A stretch of DNA of 63,015 nucleotides, filler included, from Rhabdomonas costata (GCA_019059605.1; 43 parts of 43 records of this genome joined end to end with filler, not necessarily neighbours in it), one strand, 5' to 3'. Shown: positions 26,438 to 40,031, numbered from the whole stretch's first letter. Numbers and translations: made by a program. Notes: generated by a model not told the origin, from the letters alone.

Positions 26438-26774
26438 GGAAGATGAGGAATTGCGGAAGCAACTGAAGAGTCTCCAGGAGCTTGGTTTTATAGAGCCAGA
26501 AACCTCGCCTTATGGCGCAGGTGTGCTGTTCGTTCCAAAGGCCAACGGTAAGTTGCGGCTGTGTGTTGATTACAGACCGCTTAATGCAATTACGGTTACA
26601 GATGCGTACCCTTTACCCCGAATTGACGAGATGATTGATCACGCGGGAAAGGCGAAGTGGTTCTCGAAGCTGGATTTGCATGCGGGATTTCATCAGATCC
26701 GCATTCATCCAGAGCATGTGGAGAGGATTCATTCAAGACAAAGTACGGTTCGTTCCAATTCAGAGTCATGCCCT
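26438..26774 (+). mobile_element. Ty3/gypsy LTR-retrotransposon reverse transcriptase fragment, frameshifted and truncated
   Basis: ELRKQLKSLQELGFIEPETSPYGAGVLFVPKANGKLRLCVDYRPLNAITVTDAYPLPRIDEMID...FSKLDLHAGFHQIRI, then after a frameshift near 26729 FKTKYGSFQFRVMP. Homology ends before the YxDD motif. Confidence 0.95.
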
Positions 26775-28299
26775 ATTTTTCTTTGGTCCTTCCAACCTTT
26801 ATTCCATATCATATCTCTCATTGTCTCGCTTGTGGGCCTTGCGCTTCTCTCTTTATCTCCCTCTCCCTTTCTTTCTGTCTTGCTTTTCCCGCTCTCAGTA
26901 GCGGGAACTCTTGCTGCTCCCGAAGCCCTTACGCCCATAACAACCAATCCACTGCATGCGTAGTAAGAACCCCTCATGGCTACAGAAAGCATCACACGCA
27001 GGGGTATGTCAACATCACTAGTCTTTCATCTTCTTAATGCTTGGTTGTGTTGGCCTGCCCACTTTCCCGTTTGGAGGGGGATGCTCATCTGTTTCTCGTG
27101 TTTTTTGTCGTTTCCTTACTTGCTCTCTTGCTTACTACATCAATTTAAACACAACCACGTTTCGGCTACAACAAAATTCCGCAGAAAGGCCATTCAAGGA
27201 CAAAACTGGGCAAAAAGGGGACCGCTGACAGCGTGAACATTTCAGCTGCCGGAAAACTGTTCCTGTGCAGAAGAACATGAATGAAGGAAACACTGTCGAC
27301 GTCCAATGAATGCCCATGGAATGCCCATGCGGTCGGGTCGCGTGCTTTCGGACTCCTTCCACGTGGCCTCCCGCGACGGGGCCTTCTCCGTCTCTCTACT
27401 GGCCGTCCTTCTATCACCTGGCCTTGCTTCCCTTCGCGCCCAGCAGATTGGCTTATCGCCGGACCTTTTGCATGACCAGGAACGGGTTTACGCGGGGCTC
27501 AGCTCTGATCTTTGCAACATGGGCGTTTTCCCACTGGGCTAAGGATGCAGAACACCAGGGTGGCCGTGACCGTAACGATGCGATCAGCCCACAACGGGGT
27601 TTGACCCCATGAGCTTTTTAGTAACATCAGGGTGCCTCGTTCAGAACGCCCGGGTTAGAAGGAGAATTTGGAATGGACTCCTTAGGGCTGTGCTTCGCGT
27701 ATTGGCAAATGAACATACGAATGAAAAAAAACAGTCCAGTTCTGCTGAATGGAGTCACCTGAAATGTAAGGACTTTTATGAAGAAACTTTTACGAAACAC
27801 CAACNNNNNNNNNNNNNNNNNNNNNNNNNNNNNNNNNNNNNNNNNNNNTTAATTAATTAANNNNNNNNNNNNNNNNNNNNNNNNNNNNNNNNNNNNNNNN
27901 NNNNGGTTTGGTGGTTGTTGTGAGGAGGAACGAACCACCTTATGGTGGGGAGTGACGACGAGTGGAAGATGTTGATGTCGTTAGTCAGTCGCTACGCTCC
28001 TTCCTTCCTCCTAAATGCGTGGTTCAGTCGCTCCCCGCATGCGGTACGCTCCTTCACAGATACAGAAGAGATAGAAGAAGAAGATGCTGGTCGTCGTCGC
28101 TACGCTCCTCCTCCTGTACATGTCGGCATTCACTGCGTTCATGCCTCCTATCCCCACTCGCTACCCGCTCATGGGGCCCCTTGGTTCTTTGCTGGTCGTG
28201 ACTCGCTATGCTCGTCACTCCATAGATGCTGAACTCAGAAGAAGGGGTATTCCTGTCGCATCTCCCTACGGTCGATGCTCCTATCCCATGATGAACTGA

Positions 28300-28870
28300 T
28301 GGAAAATGAATGATCCAATGATGGATATAGCATAGATATAATATCCAAAAACATGAGCTCATTGATATAACCTAGCTGTTTTGCTGGAAAAGCGCTCATA
28401 TAAATATTTGCGTCACTTGTGTAATTTGCAGATCCAAGCAATACTGAATTTTAATCTGTCATAACTAAACTTGTATCATTATATTGAATCTGACCAATAG
28501 AAATATAATTTGAGAAATTTTTAAATGTTGGACCACCCGCATATATTGTACATTTATACAAACAATATGTTAATGTTAGTTATACTCAGGCGAAACCATC
28601 ATGTAATTTGGATTGAATAATTTGCTCTAATCGTTCCTCCAAGAGTTGCAGATGGAAACCTTGGATTAGATGTTATTTGTGTAGAAATAATAGCTGTTGC
28701 TGTTGTTGTAATTTGTCATCATAAAACTTGATGAGGAGTTATCAACATATGAACGAATTGTAACATAACCGTTTTGAGCAATTCCAGAACCTCCCATACC
28801 ATTACCAAATGGTCCATAAATATGTGGATTTGTTTGTATTTAAATAGAATGTGAAGCATACGGGTATTTT
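28300..28870 (-). pseudogene. AT-rich decayed coding relic, possibly a viral structural or glycine-rich protein
   Basis: GC is about 25-35% by eye, well below neighbouring contigs. Interrupted minus frames read HIYGPFGNGMGGSGIAQNGYVTIRSY, TATAIISTQITSNPRFPSATLGGTIRANYSIQIT and TIYAGGPTFKNFSNYISIGQIQYNDT. Confidence 0.4.
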
Positions 28871-28889
28871 GATGTTTGGAGCTAGGCAT

Positions 28890-29058
28890 TTTCGGGGTTT
28901 TGGGGTCGGGGTTCGAGGTCTTGGGTTTGGATTTCGGGGTTAGGGGTTCAGTATTGGGGTTAGGTCTTAGTGTTCCCGAGTCGAGGATTTCAGGGGTTCG
29001 GAGTTTGGGGTTGGGGTTTGGGTTTCTGCCTTCGGGTTCGGCCTTCGTCTTCGGGTTC
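28890..29058 (+). repeat. Degenerate G-rich TT(A/C/T)GGG(G)-like repeat tract
   Basis: Run of TTCGGGG, TTTGGGG, TTAGGGG and TTCGGG units. Confidence 0.6.
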
Positions 29059-31170
29059 CTTGAAGTCCTTCGGGATTTCACAGATACACAAAACAATGGG
29101 AGTAGGTTAAGCAAAACAACGCCGGACTGCACAGGCTGTAAGGAAAATGACACCCAATCATTCGATGATGACAAACGTAGCGACTGAATGGCAACGATGA
29201 CTCGATAAGGATGCGGTCCGAAGCTTGATCACGACCATAGCGGCACGTCACTGTACACGTGATGACATACCGANNNNNNNNNNNNNNNNNNNNNNNNNNN
29301 NNNNNNNNNNNNNNNNNTTAATTAATTAANNNNNNNNNNNNNNNNNNNNNNNNNNNNNNNNNNNNNNNNNNNNGTGGGGGCTACGCCATGCGGACAGATA
29401 TAGACAGAAAAGAGACAAAGCCCTCATAGCAAGCAAGGTCCCAGCCATTAAGGTCAGAAGCGCATACTCTGCCCAGTCGGTGGCCGGATCCCTCGAGTGC
29501 TGCACAAAGACGTCGACAACACGCACAGCCTCCAGTCCTCGGATACACGGAGGGTGCAGGCCTCGCTGAGAGTGGGGAAAGGGAAGTGAAAGGAGGTGGG
29601 CACAATCGCTCGATTACTGAGGACAGAGAAGACCTGAGCAGCAAAACCCGCCACGGGCCCGCGACCAAAATTAAGCACTGCAAAATGAAGACGTCTGACA
29701 CACCTCGGGAAAGATTCTCAGCGTGAGGGAAGACTGGGAGCTCCGGTGGGAGAAAGACACTCGCCGCCTCGGCGTGGAGGACAGGGATCCGTGTGCTGAT
29801 GAGAGGTCCTCAGCCACGGAAACAGCCACGGGGTTGCGGGAGGGACAGGCTAGGGTCAGCCTGGCTCGCTCGGGAAGCACAACCGATGCTACGTGCGCGC
29901 ACAGGCGCATGGTGCGTGAGTCCGTGCGTGCGGGTCAAAGAGGAAGGTCACGAATGGGGGCTATCGAGGGGGGCCGCGGCCAAACGTGTACAATGGTTTT
30001 CCTAAACCCTTACAGAGCAATCCCATTGAAGGGTACTTTGGCAATATTTTGGGACCCCAAAAACGCTATGAGTCAAAAGTCTTTGCATCTCAAACCTACA
30101 ACATTGTCCTTTCGGGGGCACCCCCCGCAAACTTTTGGCGAAGTCTGTAAGTATATCGATGATGGCATCCTCACCTCCACCTTACGCACCAACACGTTTA
30201 ATACTAATGCTTTTTCGGGGGAAGGCCCATCAGCATCATTCCATGATGGAGAGAGCCTCACCTTTGCGCAGCACGGGCACCCTTGAGACCTCCTCAGCGT
30301 CAGTCTGGGTGCCGATGGAGCATGTCGGCGAGCCAGAATCCACGGGCACGGCCGGGGACGAGGGGTCTTCTGAGTGCGGTTGGCAATACTCGTGTGAATC
30401 AGCAGCCACACCTCACTGACCAAGTTTTCACACAAAGCAAGCAGTGGCTGAAGGAGCCGTAATAAATCACCTGGAAAATCCATTCCCTGCAGTGCAAGGG
30501 GCGCAGATAGTTTCATCGGAAACACAAGGGTGCGTTGGTTGAGGGTGGGTTGTGAGTGGGAGAGTGGTATTCAGCTTAATACACGCCGATCCGACGCCAA
30601 ACCCGAACGACGCCCTCGCCAAGGGCCGGATTCCTCAAAGAAAATCCCTTTGGTGGAGTAGTTGTGGAGAGCAGCACATGCACCTTCTGAGTCTCAGAGA
30701 GACAGGGCACTCCCTCCTCGAAAACCCCTTCCCCCCACCACNNNNNNNNNNNNNNNNNNNNNNNNNNNNNNNNNNNNNNNNNNNNTTAATTAATTAANNN
30801 NNNNNNNNNNNNNNNNNNNNNNNNNNNNNNNNNNNNNNNNNGGCACATTTCCATGCGAAGAAGATAAGCCTCTTTCCCCTGTTCGCGCATGCACTGCATC
30901 AGTTCTGAGGATTTGACGCAATTTTCTCTCAGAATTTCTTTGAGTGATGAGCCCGCTGAAGAAGGGAAATGCTATGTACTTCTTCTCGCCACGACAGGAA
31001 CGTCCAGCAGATTCTCTACACTGATGTCAGGTGCAGTCATGCATCCTGACTGGGGGGGGGGGGGCAGCGAATGGGCTGCCAAAAACAAAATCGAGGGCGG
31101 AAGGGCATCCTGGCTTCACATAATTTAACTTCAAAGGACACAAAAAAATGGTGGGGTAATGGCCGACCGG

Positions 31171-31377
31171 CACTGCCAGTGGGCTGGGCAAGATGGTGAC
31201 TCGCGGAATCATCGCTAGGCGGATGTACCCCGCGGCGAAGATGTAGACCCCGGACAAGATCACAGGGATGCACAGTGAGCTGAGGCCAGAGAAGACGTCC
31301 CACATACAGTTCCACCGGGAGTCGAGGTAGCCGTATACACGGACACTCCGGGCCACAACCCAGGCCAGAGACACGCC
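31171..31377 (-). CDS. Hypothetical membrane protein exon
   Basis: TTGCAG acceptor followed by the hydrophobic frame VSLAWVVARSVRVYGYLDSRWNCMWDVFSGLSSLCIPVILSGVYIFAAGYIRLAMIPR. Confidence 0.45.
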
Positions 31378-33240
31378 TGCAAGAAAAACCGAAAGAGAGA
31401 GATCAAAGAGAGACATAAAAAAAATGTTCCAATCTCCACCAAGACACGCGGCGCAAATAACTTTCGAACAAAAATCAGTTGTTGCCCACGTACGGAATAA
31501 CAACCGAAGGACAACATCAATGCCGCTAAACGCCGTGTGTGTGGGGGGTCTGAATGTGTGTGCAAATTTGGTTGAAAGGCTCTTGTATATATTACCACAA
31601 ACCCTCAAGCAGAGTGTAGCTCCCAATTTATACCCGGCGAAGCAAAACCAGCATTATTCCCCACAATACTCTGGGAATGTACAATGAATTCAATATAGTC
31701 CCTCTATGTAACAATGTCCCACTTCTACAGCAGCCGCCAGAATTTTGTCCAGCAAAAGTGTGATTTTATTTTTTCTCGGAAAATGTTTCGCGTTTAGTAC
31801 CTGGGTGTGACTGAGTTAGGTTTGTTTTTTCAAGCGTTGGGATTTTTTTGCTGTGGTTTGGGAAAGACTACAACAAAAACACAACCACAAAAATGTGAAG
31901 TTATTCGGAAACCCTTGATGAGGCTTCCTTTCGCCCGATTGATGATATCGACCCTTGCATGCTATTCACAGCATTCTTGGTTGAGGGTGTGGAGCCCCCT
32001 CGTGGGCCATGGTATCCCTTCTGGCAAGGGAAAGGCACGACGAGAGGATCACCTCTCGGCTGAGCTCCGACCGGGCACCGCCCACTTGGCGGCAGCTTTC
32101 CCCGGAAATCAGCATGACCCGTGTTTCCTGACTTTCGTTCCTTCCCCTCAGCAATAGAGCAGAACCGATTGCACCTGCCGGAACAGTCATAAACCTTGCG
32201 TACATGTTTNNNNNNNNNNNNNNNNNNNNNNNNNNNNNNNNNNNNNNNNNNNNTTAATTAATTAANNNNNNNNNNNNNNNNNNNNNNNNNNNNNNNNNNN
32301 NNNNNNNNNGTGTTGGGTGTGTGTGGTGTTTGGGGGGCGAGGTTGCAGCAGCTCTGGGGCCTTTTCTTACGTGCAATAGGTTGTTCCAAAGTTTGAGGGA
32401 CCGGTCTCGGTCAATGTCTAAAAGTGGGCATTTTATATCATCTATTTCAGCGTTTCTGTGTCTATGTGGCTTCTTTTTGTCTGCGCCCAGCCGCTGCGCC
32501 GCAGGGACGTGGCGGCCAACCAGGAAACCAAAGATTTACACAAAGGGAGACAGTGCGCAATCACACTGCGAGGACGTCGTTGGAAAAACAACATCACTGA
32601 CAGCAATGATCAGGGGTTTGTTCATCTGAGCGGGCAAGAGTGCGGGGAGAAGTGCTGGAAGGGGAGGGAGAGGGAGAGAAAGACCAGCGCGAGGCACTCA
32701 GAAACTCTGGAGGCTGGATCTTCCTTCACAAACATACACACGTAGACGCTCACGATATCCGCAGGTGCAAACCTCGCCCTGTATGGATACATAGGCGAAG
32801 CCGTCAGAGGCAAACACGTCCGACTGCAGCTGCGTGATCAAGGTCTCAAACCCGAACAGCTTAGGGGGCAGCGAGAAGGCACCGAAGCCCACACTCTCGT
32901 CCTGGTGTGACACCTGGCACCGCTTCAGCGCCTACCCCAAACACGTATACAACTCCAGAATGAGGGAGGGAAAGCCGAAACATTTCTCAAACTTCTCGTA
33001 CTCAATTCAATTTCTTACCATTTCGTTTTCAAAATTGTAATGAAAAAATCCCCATATAATGAATGACTTTTACCACGAAACGCAAACCTCTGCAATCTGG
33101 GAGCGTGACTGTCGGGGGTGTACTCCGGTGTGGTTGCTGTAGATAGGATATGAGCCCCATGTCCGATGGTGAGACTTTCCACCCACTCCCTTCGCTACTT
33201 ATTCAGTGCCCCCCATCGGGGGAGGCTATGTCACTGTTAC

Positions 33241-33504
33241 CTGCAGGAGCCCGTAGGCGGACTTGTACCGCTTCGCCGGGGTAGGCGCGACGCACTTCAG
33301 AATGACCTCAGCCAAAGCCGCGGGCATGCCGCGGTCGCCCAGCTCCATCCCCAGCTGCTCTGGGGTGGTGGGGGTGGCCGCGGTGGTGCCCAGGGCGGCC
33401 AAAAGCATCATCGCCCCCACGGCGTAGATGTCCACGCTGAAGTCCGCGAAGGCCAGCTCCGGGGGCGCGGTCAGGGCCTCCGGGGGAAAGAATGCGAGGT
33501 CCTC
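33241..33504 (-). CDS. Ser/Thr protein kinase (or pseudokinase) C-lobe exon
   Basis: EDLAFFPPEALT...SVDIYAVGAMMLLAALG...LAEVILKCVAPTPAKRYKSAYGLLQ corresponds to kinase subdomains VIII-XI. The exon is AG/GT bounded, phase 0. Confidence 0.8.
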
Positions 33505-35924
33505 CTAAAAAAGGCAAGCAAAGGTGAGTGCGCGCAATAAAGGTGGTCGAGGTCGAAGAAGACTGAAGAAGAGAAAACTGCCTTTTCCGGTGGGCGGTTT
33601 TTCAGCCTCCGATTGCAGGCTTGCCTTCTCAGCAAGAAAGTGACAGGTTCATACGTCACTCCCTTCCCACCACCCCACNNNNNNNNNNNNNNNNNNNNNN
33701 NNNNNNNNNNNNNNNNNNNNNNTTAATTAATTAANNNNNNNNNNNNNNNNNNNNNNNNNNNNNNNNNNNNNNNNNNNNGGGGGTGGGGTGGAGTGTGCAG
33801 GGTTCGAAGGTCAAAATAAAGTGGAGATGGTGGAAATCACAATGGGCGGGGAGGGGATTGCGAAAAATTGCCACGCTGCAAAAATCAAAAATGAGAGAAG
33901 AACGCAAAGAGTGCCAAGAAAAAGGCCTCCCTAAAAATGCACATCAGAAGGTAGGAATAAACAGGGCAACTGGCAAGAAGGTGCACGTCACAGCGGAAAC
34001 CACTCCTACACAAGCATTGGAACCAAGCGGTCCGGTCTATTGGGGGTAAAACGGTATAACGCCGTTATAATGTAAAACACCTTATGCGGTCATGGGGCGG
34101 TATATGAAAAAACAACTTTTGGTCAGAATTGGTGGTGGGAACTCATTCCTAGCTGGGGTTTAGCCAACAAAAGGGATTCGATTAGTTTAGGGGCGACGTG
34201 GTGATGCACCTCAAACCGAAGCATGTACACGAGTGTCTAGGCGGGCCGGGGCCCCGGGATTTAGGTTCGTCCCTTGTCGTATAACACCGTTATACCGTAT
34301 AACGCCGTCATACCGTACCCCCCCCCCCGATAGAACGGACCTAAACCAAGCCTGCTGCGAACAGTTGAGCTGCAGCACGGCAATGTAAAAGCAGACATAC
34401 ACGCAGGCTTCGAACTCCAGAAAGGCGCGAATCGTAAATGTGGCGTCCATGTGACTGGGGGTTATTTTTCAATATTTACAACACCTTCCAGCACAAGCAC
34501 CAAACCTCTTGGTGGTCACAACTAGCCACAACTTTTTGGCATATTAATAGTAATTGCTGCATTTGCGTCGGCAGACTGATGGACACCCTCACATTGTGGG
34601 CAACGCTCGGCATTCCAAGATTCCACATTTGTTCCACATTTGACGAGAGAAGCACAAAACCCCAAAGAATTTCACTCGCAGCAGCTGTACAGTCAGAGGC
34701 TGAAAAAGCAGACGAAACATAGCACAAGCCCGTCACATTCCAACAGGTGAGGTTGCTGAAGATGGAGCGGAAAGATAGCGAGGAGGAGAAAAAGTGGGAG
34801 GGAAGCGAAACTACACCGGAGTGGGACTGTCCAGCATAGGTCCTCTCCAGTGATTCCAACGGGGTTGGAGCGCAGGATAGAGTTATTAACAAAAAACAAG
34901 AATGGGGGGTAGTGAAACGCAAAGCAAACAAACTCGGGGCCACTACCGAAAAGGCAGAAGCCACAACGCAAAAATACAGCAAGGAAATTCCACAAAAAGG
35001 ATAAAAAAAAAGGAACAAAGATTTTGGGCGAGAACGGAATTCACTAAATGCGACGTCGTTTTCCCATCGGCCTTCCAAATCAACGTAAATGTTCCGAGGG
35101 AAAAGATGGCTGCTACAGAAGAAGGGGGAAAGACACGCCACCCCCNNNNNNNNNNNNNNNNNNNNNNNNNNNNNNNNNNNNNNNNNNNNTTAATTAATTA
35201 ANNNNNNNNNNNNNNNNNNNNNNNNNNNNNNNNNNNNNNNNNNNNTGTTGTGTTGATGAAGACCTGATGCAGCCATGGAGTGCTCGATGAAGGCAGAACA
35301 CTCGTCGCGGAAACGGCATCGTTGTTGTGGGTTGCGTGGAACGCGAAGCTTTCTTCTATGGCGGATATCAAAAGGTGGGTGAGGCTGCGAATCGCCTGCC
35401 AGGTGGAAGATGAAACCCGAAACTTGTTTTGCTAGGAGCAGCAGTTATCGTGTTTGCTGATACAGAGGGAAATGTGCCAACCCACATGACGCTTTTGCTT
35501 GAAGAGGTCTGTAACGATGACCAGGGCTGCAGGAGGCCATGCCCGTTTTCCTCTATTTGTTCTTCCTCACATTACTATGCTCGCTTTTGTTTTTCAGATT
35601 TTTCTCGTCCCCTCGTGCATTGTTTTTTTTGTGATTTGTTCTGCCTCTGTTTTGTGTGCATTCCAACTGCATTTTGCAACACAAGATGTCGCGAGACACC
35701 GCCTCCACGAACAACCCCATCATTCAGTGTGTCCTCTCGTCCCCCCCTCCCCGACTCGCTCGTAAGCGAAATACACAATGGGCAATCAGGGTACCACCTC
35801 TGCAGAGAAATTTCTGAGCACTGTCGAAAAGTTCCCCTCAAGCCTTTTTTGGACGATTCTTTATGCCACATCTCTCTTTCTGTTGTGGTTTTCTGCTGAA
35901 GAAGAATAGCGTTTTTGTTAGCGA

Positions 35925-36255
35925 GGTCGGATGATGAAAGTGAGCGCAAAGATCTTGGGCAAGTGCATCGTGCTGGAGGAGTGTTGCATTGGCGATCAGC
36001 AGCGGGTGAGGGATCTGATTAATTTTATCCCGACTTTTTTTTTAATTTTTAATTTTGCCACATATGAGCCACAATCATTTTTGTTTGATTGTCCTCTGCA
36101 CCACGCCGCCCCGCCGCCCCGCATCCGCACAGGGGGTACATCGACTCCGATGCGCGGGTGGACCGCCAGCGGAGGTACAATCGTATGGCGCAGTTCCGGC
36201 GCGAGGTGGAGCTCGAGGAGGCCCGCCTGCGCTCGGAGGAGGAGGCCGCAAAAAA
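35925..36255 (+). CDS. Hypothetical coiled-coil protein, two exons
   Basis: MMKVSAKILGKCIVLEECCIGDQQR|GYIDSDARVDRQRRYNRMAQFRREVELEEARLRSEEEAAK, with a GTGAG donor and a CACAG acceptor. Confidence 0.45.
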
Positions 36256-37123
36256 GTGCCTTCCCCCAACACAAATACACACAGAGATGATTATTCGGTG
36301 CCGGGCGAGGTCGGATCTGTGGTCTGATTGATTTCATGCACACTGTTGGGAACCTGGAGGCACACATACAAACATGCACACACACACACACGGAAAACCC
36401 CCGCGCAAAATCGGACCTGAGCTTTTCCAAGCTTTTTTTTTTGGGTGGGGTGGGGTGGAGCTGAAGCTCCGATTCGGGACTTCGGCTTTCGGGGGGTTTT
36501 GGGATTCTCCTGAATTAAAGCCGAATATGAATCCGGCGTGTAAGCGCTTTGAGCACTGCAAAAATTAGCAAAAAAAAAAACAACGGCAACACACCAACAT
36601 CCCACCAACCCCNNNNNNNNNNNNNNNNNNNNNNNNNNNNNNNNNNNNNNNNNNNNTTAATTAATTAANNNNNNNNNNNNNNNNNNNNNNNNNNNNNNNN
36701 NNNNNNNNNNNNGGTGGGTGTTTTCTATTCCATCTCACCCTCCTCTGACCCCTGTCTGGACCTCACGTTGTGAAGCCTGCCACCTCGACCAAACTGCGGG
36801 GAACAGTCCCGTCGAGGTGGCAGGCTTCACAACGTGAGGTCCAGACAGGGGTCAGAGGAGGGTGAGATGGAATAGAAAACTCCCATAAAAAGGCAGCTAC
36901 AGTGAGGGTAACATCAATGTTCTTTGCAAGGGAGTTGCAAGGGAGTGACGTGGGAAGCAAAAGGAAAAAGCAGAATGCAGCTACCGTGGAAAGCAAACGG
37001 ATCAGAAAGGGATCAACGCAACATCTAGAAAAAAATGCTTGCGTTCAAGGGCGCAGGAAGAGGGGATACGAAGAAACCGATACAGGGGAGAGGGACCGGG
37101 GGCTCGTATAATAACGTTACAAC

Positions 37124-38038
37124 CTGTGCAGCTCCAGAGTCCCCCCCGGGACCGACCACAAGCAGGTCCAGGTCGTTCAGCACCTGGGGCTGCGGAATAG
37201 GGATCCGCTTCGCGGGGTCCGTCCACACCAGGCTCACTGCCAGCCCATGAACCCCGTCCGGCCTCACGGGCAGGCAGAAGGTCGCGGCCAACGGGGCCTC
37301 CTCTGCCTCCGCTCCATCCCCCTCACTACCGCCCCTGGGGCCAGGGCCCAGGCTCTGGTTGTCGACCACGAGGAGCTGGAACGGAAGGGGAGAGGCAGAT
37401 GGGCCGCCCGAAGAGCTGGCCAGGGGGAGGACCTGGCCAAGGCTCAGCCGCCCATGGCCGTGCAAAAAGGTCCGTGCTGGTGAGGACGGCAGATCAACCC
37501 ACTCTGTCACAACGAGACCCAAAATCGTTCCCCTTGCGAATCATCAACCAACCGAAATTAGCTGTTCAAGAGCACAAACCACAAAGCATGCAAAAGTAGC
37601 AAATACGCAACCACGAAAAGCATCTCAGGAAAAAGCCATTGATTGCGGAGGCACAAGTCTGAGCTATAACATTGCCAAACAAGGTAGAAGAACAAAACAA
37701 AGAGGGCGAGCGAATGACAAATAAGAAAGAAAAGCAATTAAATCACAACAGGGAGAGGAGAGAAAACGGGGTAAAAGAAAAAACAGCGGGACTGGGGGAT
37801 TTGTGGGGGGCAGGGCGGACGGGAGGACAGTCTCTTCTTTCTGCACCACCACTGACGCTTGCCGTGCTGCATTCGTATCGCGGGGGCCGCGGGAACAACA
37901 AAGCACTTTGTGGTGAAAGAAACACACCATCAGCCCCATCGATGCTCACCAAGCCGGTCAAAGGCTCCGCCGAGTTTATCGCAAGGGCCTTGAGTAAAGC
38001 TGCCGATGGAACCAAGGGCGGCCCCGAAAGAGGGAACC
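37124..38038 (-). CDS. Subtilisin-like S8 serine protease of the KP-43/TagA-TagC type, C-terminal part (exons about 38038-37850, 37503-37124)
   Basis: PSAALLKALAINSA, HGHGRLSL (compare QGFGR..L) and LAVSLVWTDP...VLNDLDLLV are hallmark motifs of this subfamily. Confidence 0.85.
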
Positions 38039-40031
38039 CTGAAAAACAGCAGAAAGCAGAAGGAAAGGGCCGATAACACNNNNNNNNNNNNNNNNNNNNN
38101 NNNNNNNNNNNNNNNNNNNNNNNTTAATTAATTAANNNNNNNNNNNNNNNNNNNNNNNNNNNNNNNNNNNNNNNNNNNNCAGCGTTACAATCTATGCGTA
38201 ACACCGGAGGAGGGGGACTGATGATAGCTACTATGAACCAGTGCATTTTGGACATGAAAGTGCGACGAGCAGTCTGCATAAGTACTTCAGCTTTGGTATT
38301 TGCCTGTTTTGCTGCGAGCGTGTTGTGGATGCAACAGTGTTCTCCGCAAACCTTTTGCCATGTTGCTGCTTATGGAGCCCACGGCCAGCAGGTCGGCAGT
38401 GATGCTTAGGGAATCGCCAAAGAAGTAATGGTTCTGACCCCGCTGAGAGTCCTCGATGCGCTGAAGCTGAGCCCAGTCCGGGCTTAGCGCTGCGCGCAGA
38501 GGAGGGAGAATCGGGAAAGACGATCTAGTGGCTCATTACACCTTTCGCAATGTAGGTTATACCGCAAAATTAGGGCCAAGGCAAAGCGAATGGAAATGTG
38601 TATGCAAAAGCCCATCAGTATTTGGAGCGTTCCCAGGAATTCAAATGAAAACTCGAAAAGATTAACTCTGAGTTTTAGGACGAAAATTACCCTCCATTTA
38701 TGATATGCGTACCTCGGGAAAAACTTTGCAGCCTAATTGGGAGCGAAAGAGGAAGCGCTTTGAACTGATGAAGCGAATAGTTTGCAGACAGGCGGGGCAA
38801 GGGAATCCAATGGCATAGGATTGATGAATGGAATGGTGAGGTGAGAAAGTGAAAAAAGAATGTGAAACCTGTAACCCCGCAGGCCAAAAAGTACAAGTAC
38901 ACCGCAGTGATGATCGATGCCCAGGTTTCCATTGACGCACGTACGATGGTGAAACAAACGGCAACAAGAAAAGGAATGCAATGCGGGAACACGCCTGAAA
39001 CATTCAAAATGTGAAAGCGTGATGAAACAGCTGCGGTGTCCTTTCACAATCTCATCAATGGAAGTCTGAGTGCATATGAATACAATGGCCCAAATTCGGC
39101 TTTCGATAATCCCGACACAAAGTGGTCCTTCCAAAACTGCAGTTCAGGATACTGAAGGGCAACGTGACAAACTGTGTGCATACCAGCAGCGGTTAAGAGA
39201 AGCACAGCATCTCAGCTCTTGACATTCAGTGCTCTGGAGCGTTTGGGGTCGGGTCGGGACGTTTCTGCGATTGGGGGTCCTGTGGTGTCCCTCACGCAGT
39301 ACCATGTTATTGATTTGTGCTGCCAGAAATGGAGACGCCACGAACGGAGGCGGTATGCAAGAGAATCGGGACAGAGATTGGCTGGTTTCCGGGCAGCGGC
39401 TGGCGCAATCCCATCATAATTTTGTACACATGTTCTGCACAGTGCACGGTCGTGCGGACTGGAAACGCAAACGGTCCAAGGAGGCAGCTCACCGCCGCTT
39501 CCCACTCGAGGTCCGCTTGCCACCCCCAGAGGGCCTACACCACCACNNNNNNNNNNNNNNNNNNNNNNNNNNNNNNNNNNNNNNNNNNNNTTAATTAATT
39601 AANNNNNNNNNNNNNNNNNNNNNNNNNNNNNNNNNNNNNNNNNNNNTTGTGTGTTTGGGTGGCTGGGGGACCCTTATCGTCCCTTATCGTCGAGGGGTGG
39701 AATTCTTGGCTCTGCTTGAGTGTGTGGTTGAGTGTGTGGTCGTTTATGAATACATGAATTCCCCCTTTGTCGTTCCTTGGGGGTCTAAGTAGCACCCCAT
39801 CGATCCTTCTCTACCAACCTCCGGACCAGCACCAGTCGTCAGGGGTCATCCCCAGAAAGGTGACTTTCCATATGAGTCGGAGCCCGAGCGGGACTGGCGC
39901 CGAAGGAACCGGCTCGAGTGTCAGCCAATGTTTGAACGATCCTGTGCAGGTCCTGGCCCAGTCGCCCAACTTTGTCTCAATTGGAGGTTTGCAAGGGTGT
40001 ATGTGTTGCATGTGCTTGTGTGCGCCTCAAG

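Noticed and set aside
30140-30180. KYIDDGIL, resembling a reverse transcriptase YxDD motif
   Set aside because: I could not recognise any flanking RT motifs, so it is probably chance.
36720-36880. Perfect 70-bp inverted repeat with a 21-nt loop, resembling a pre-miRNA or MITE
   Set aside because: It is mismatch-free and begins right after the primer-like contig start. This is typical of a foldback (template-switch) amplification chimera.
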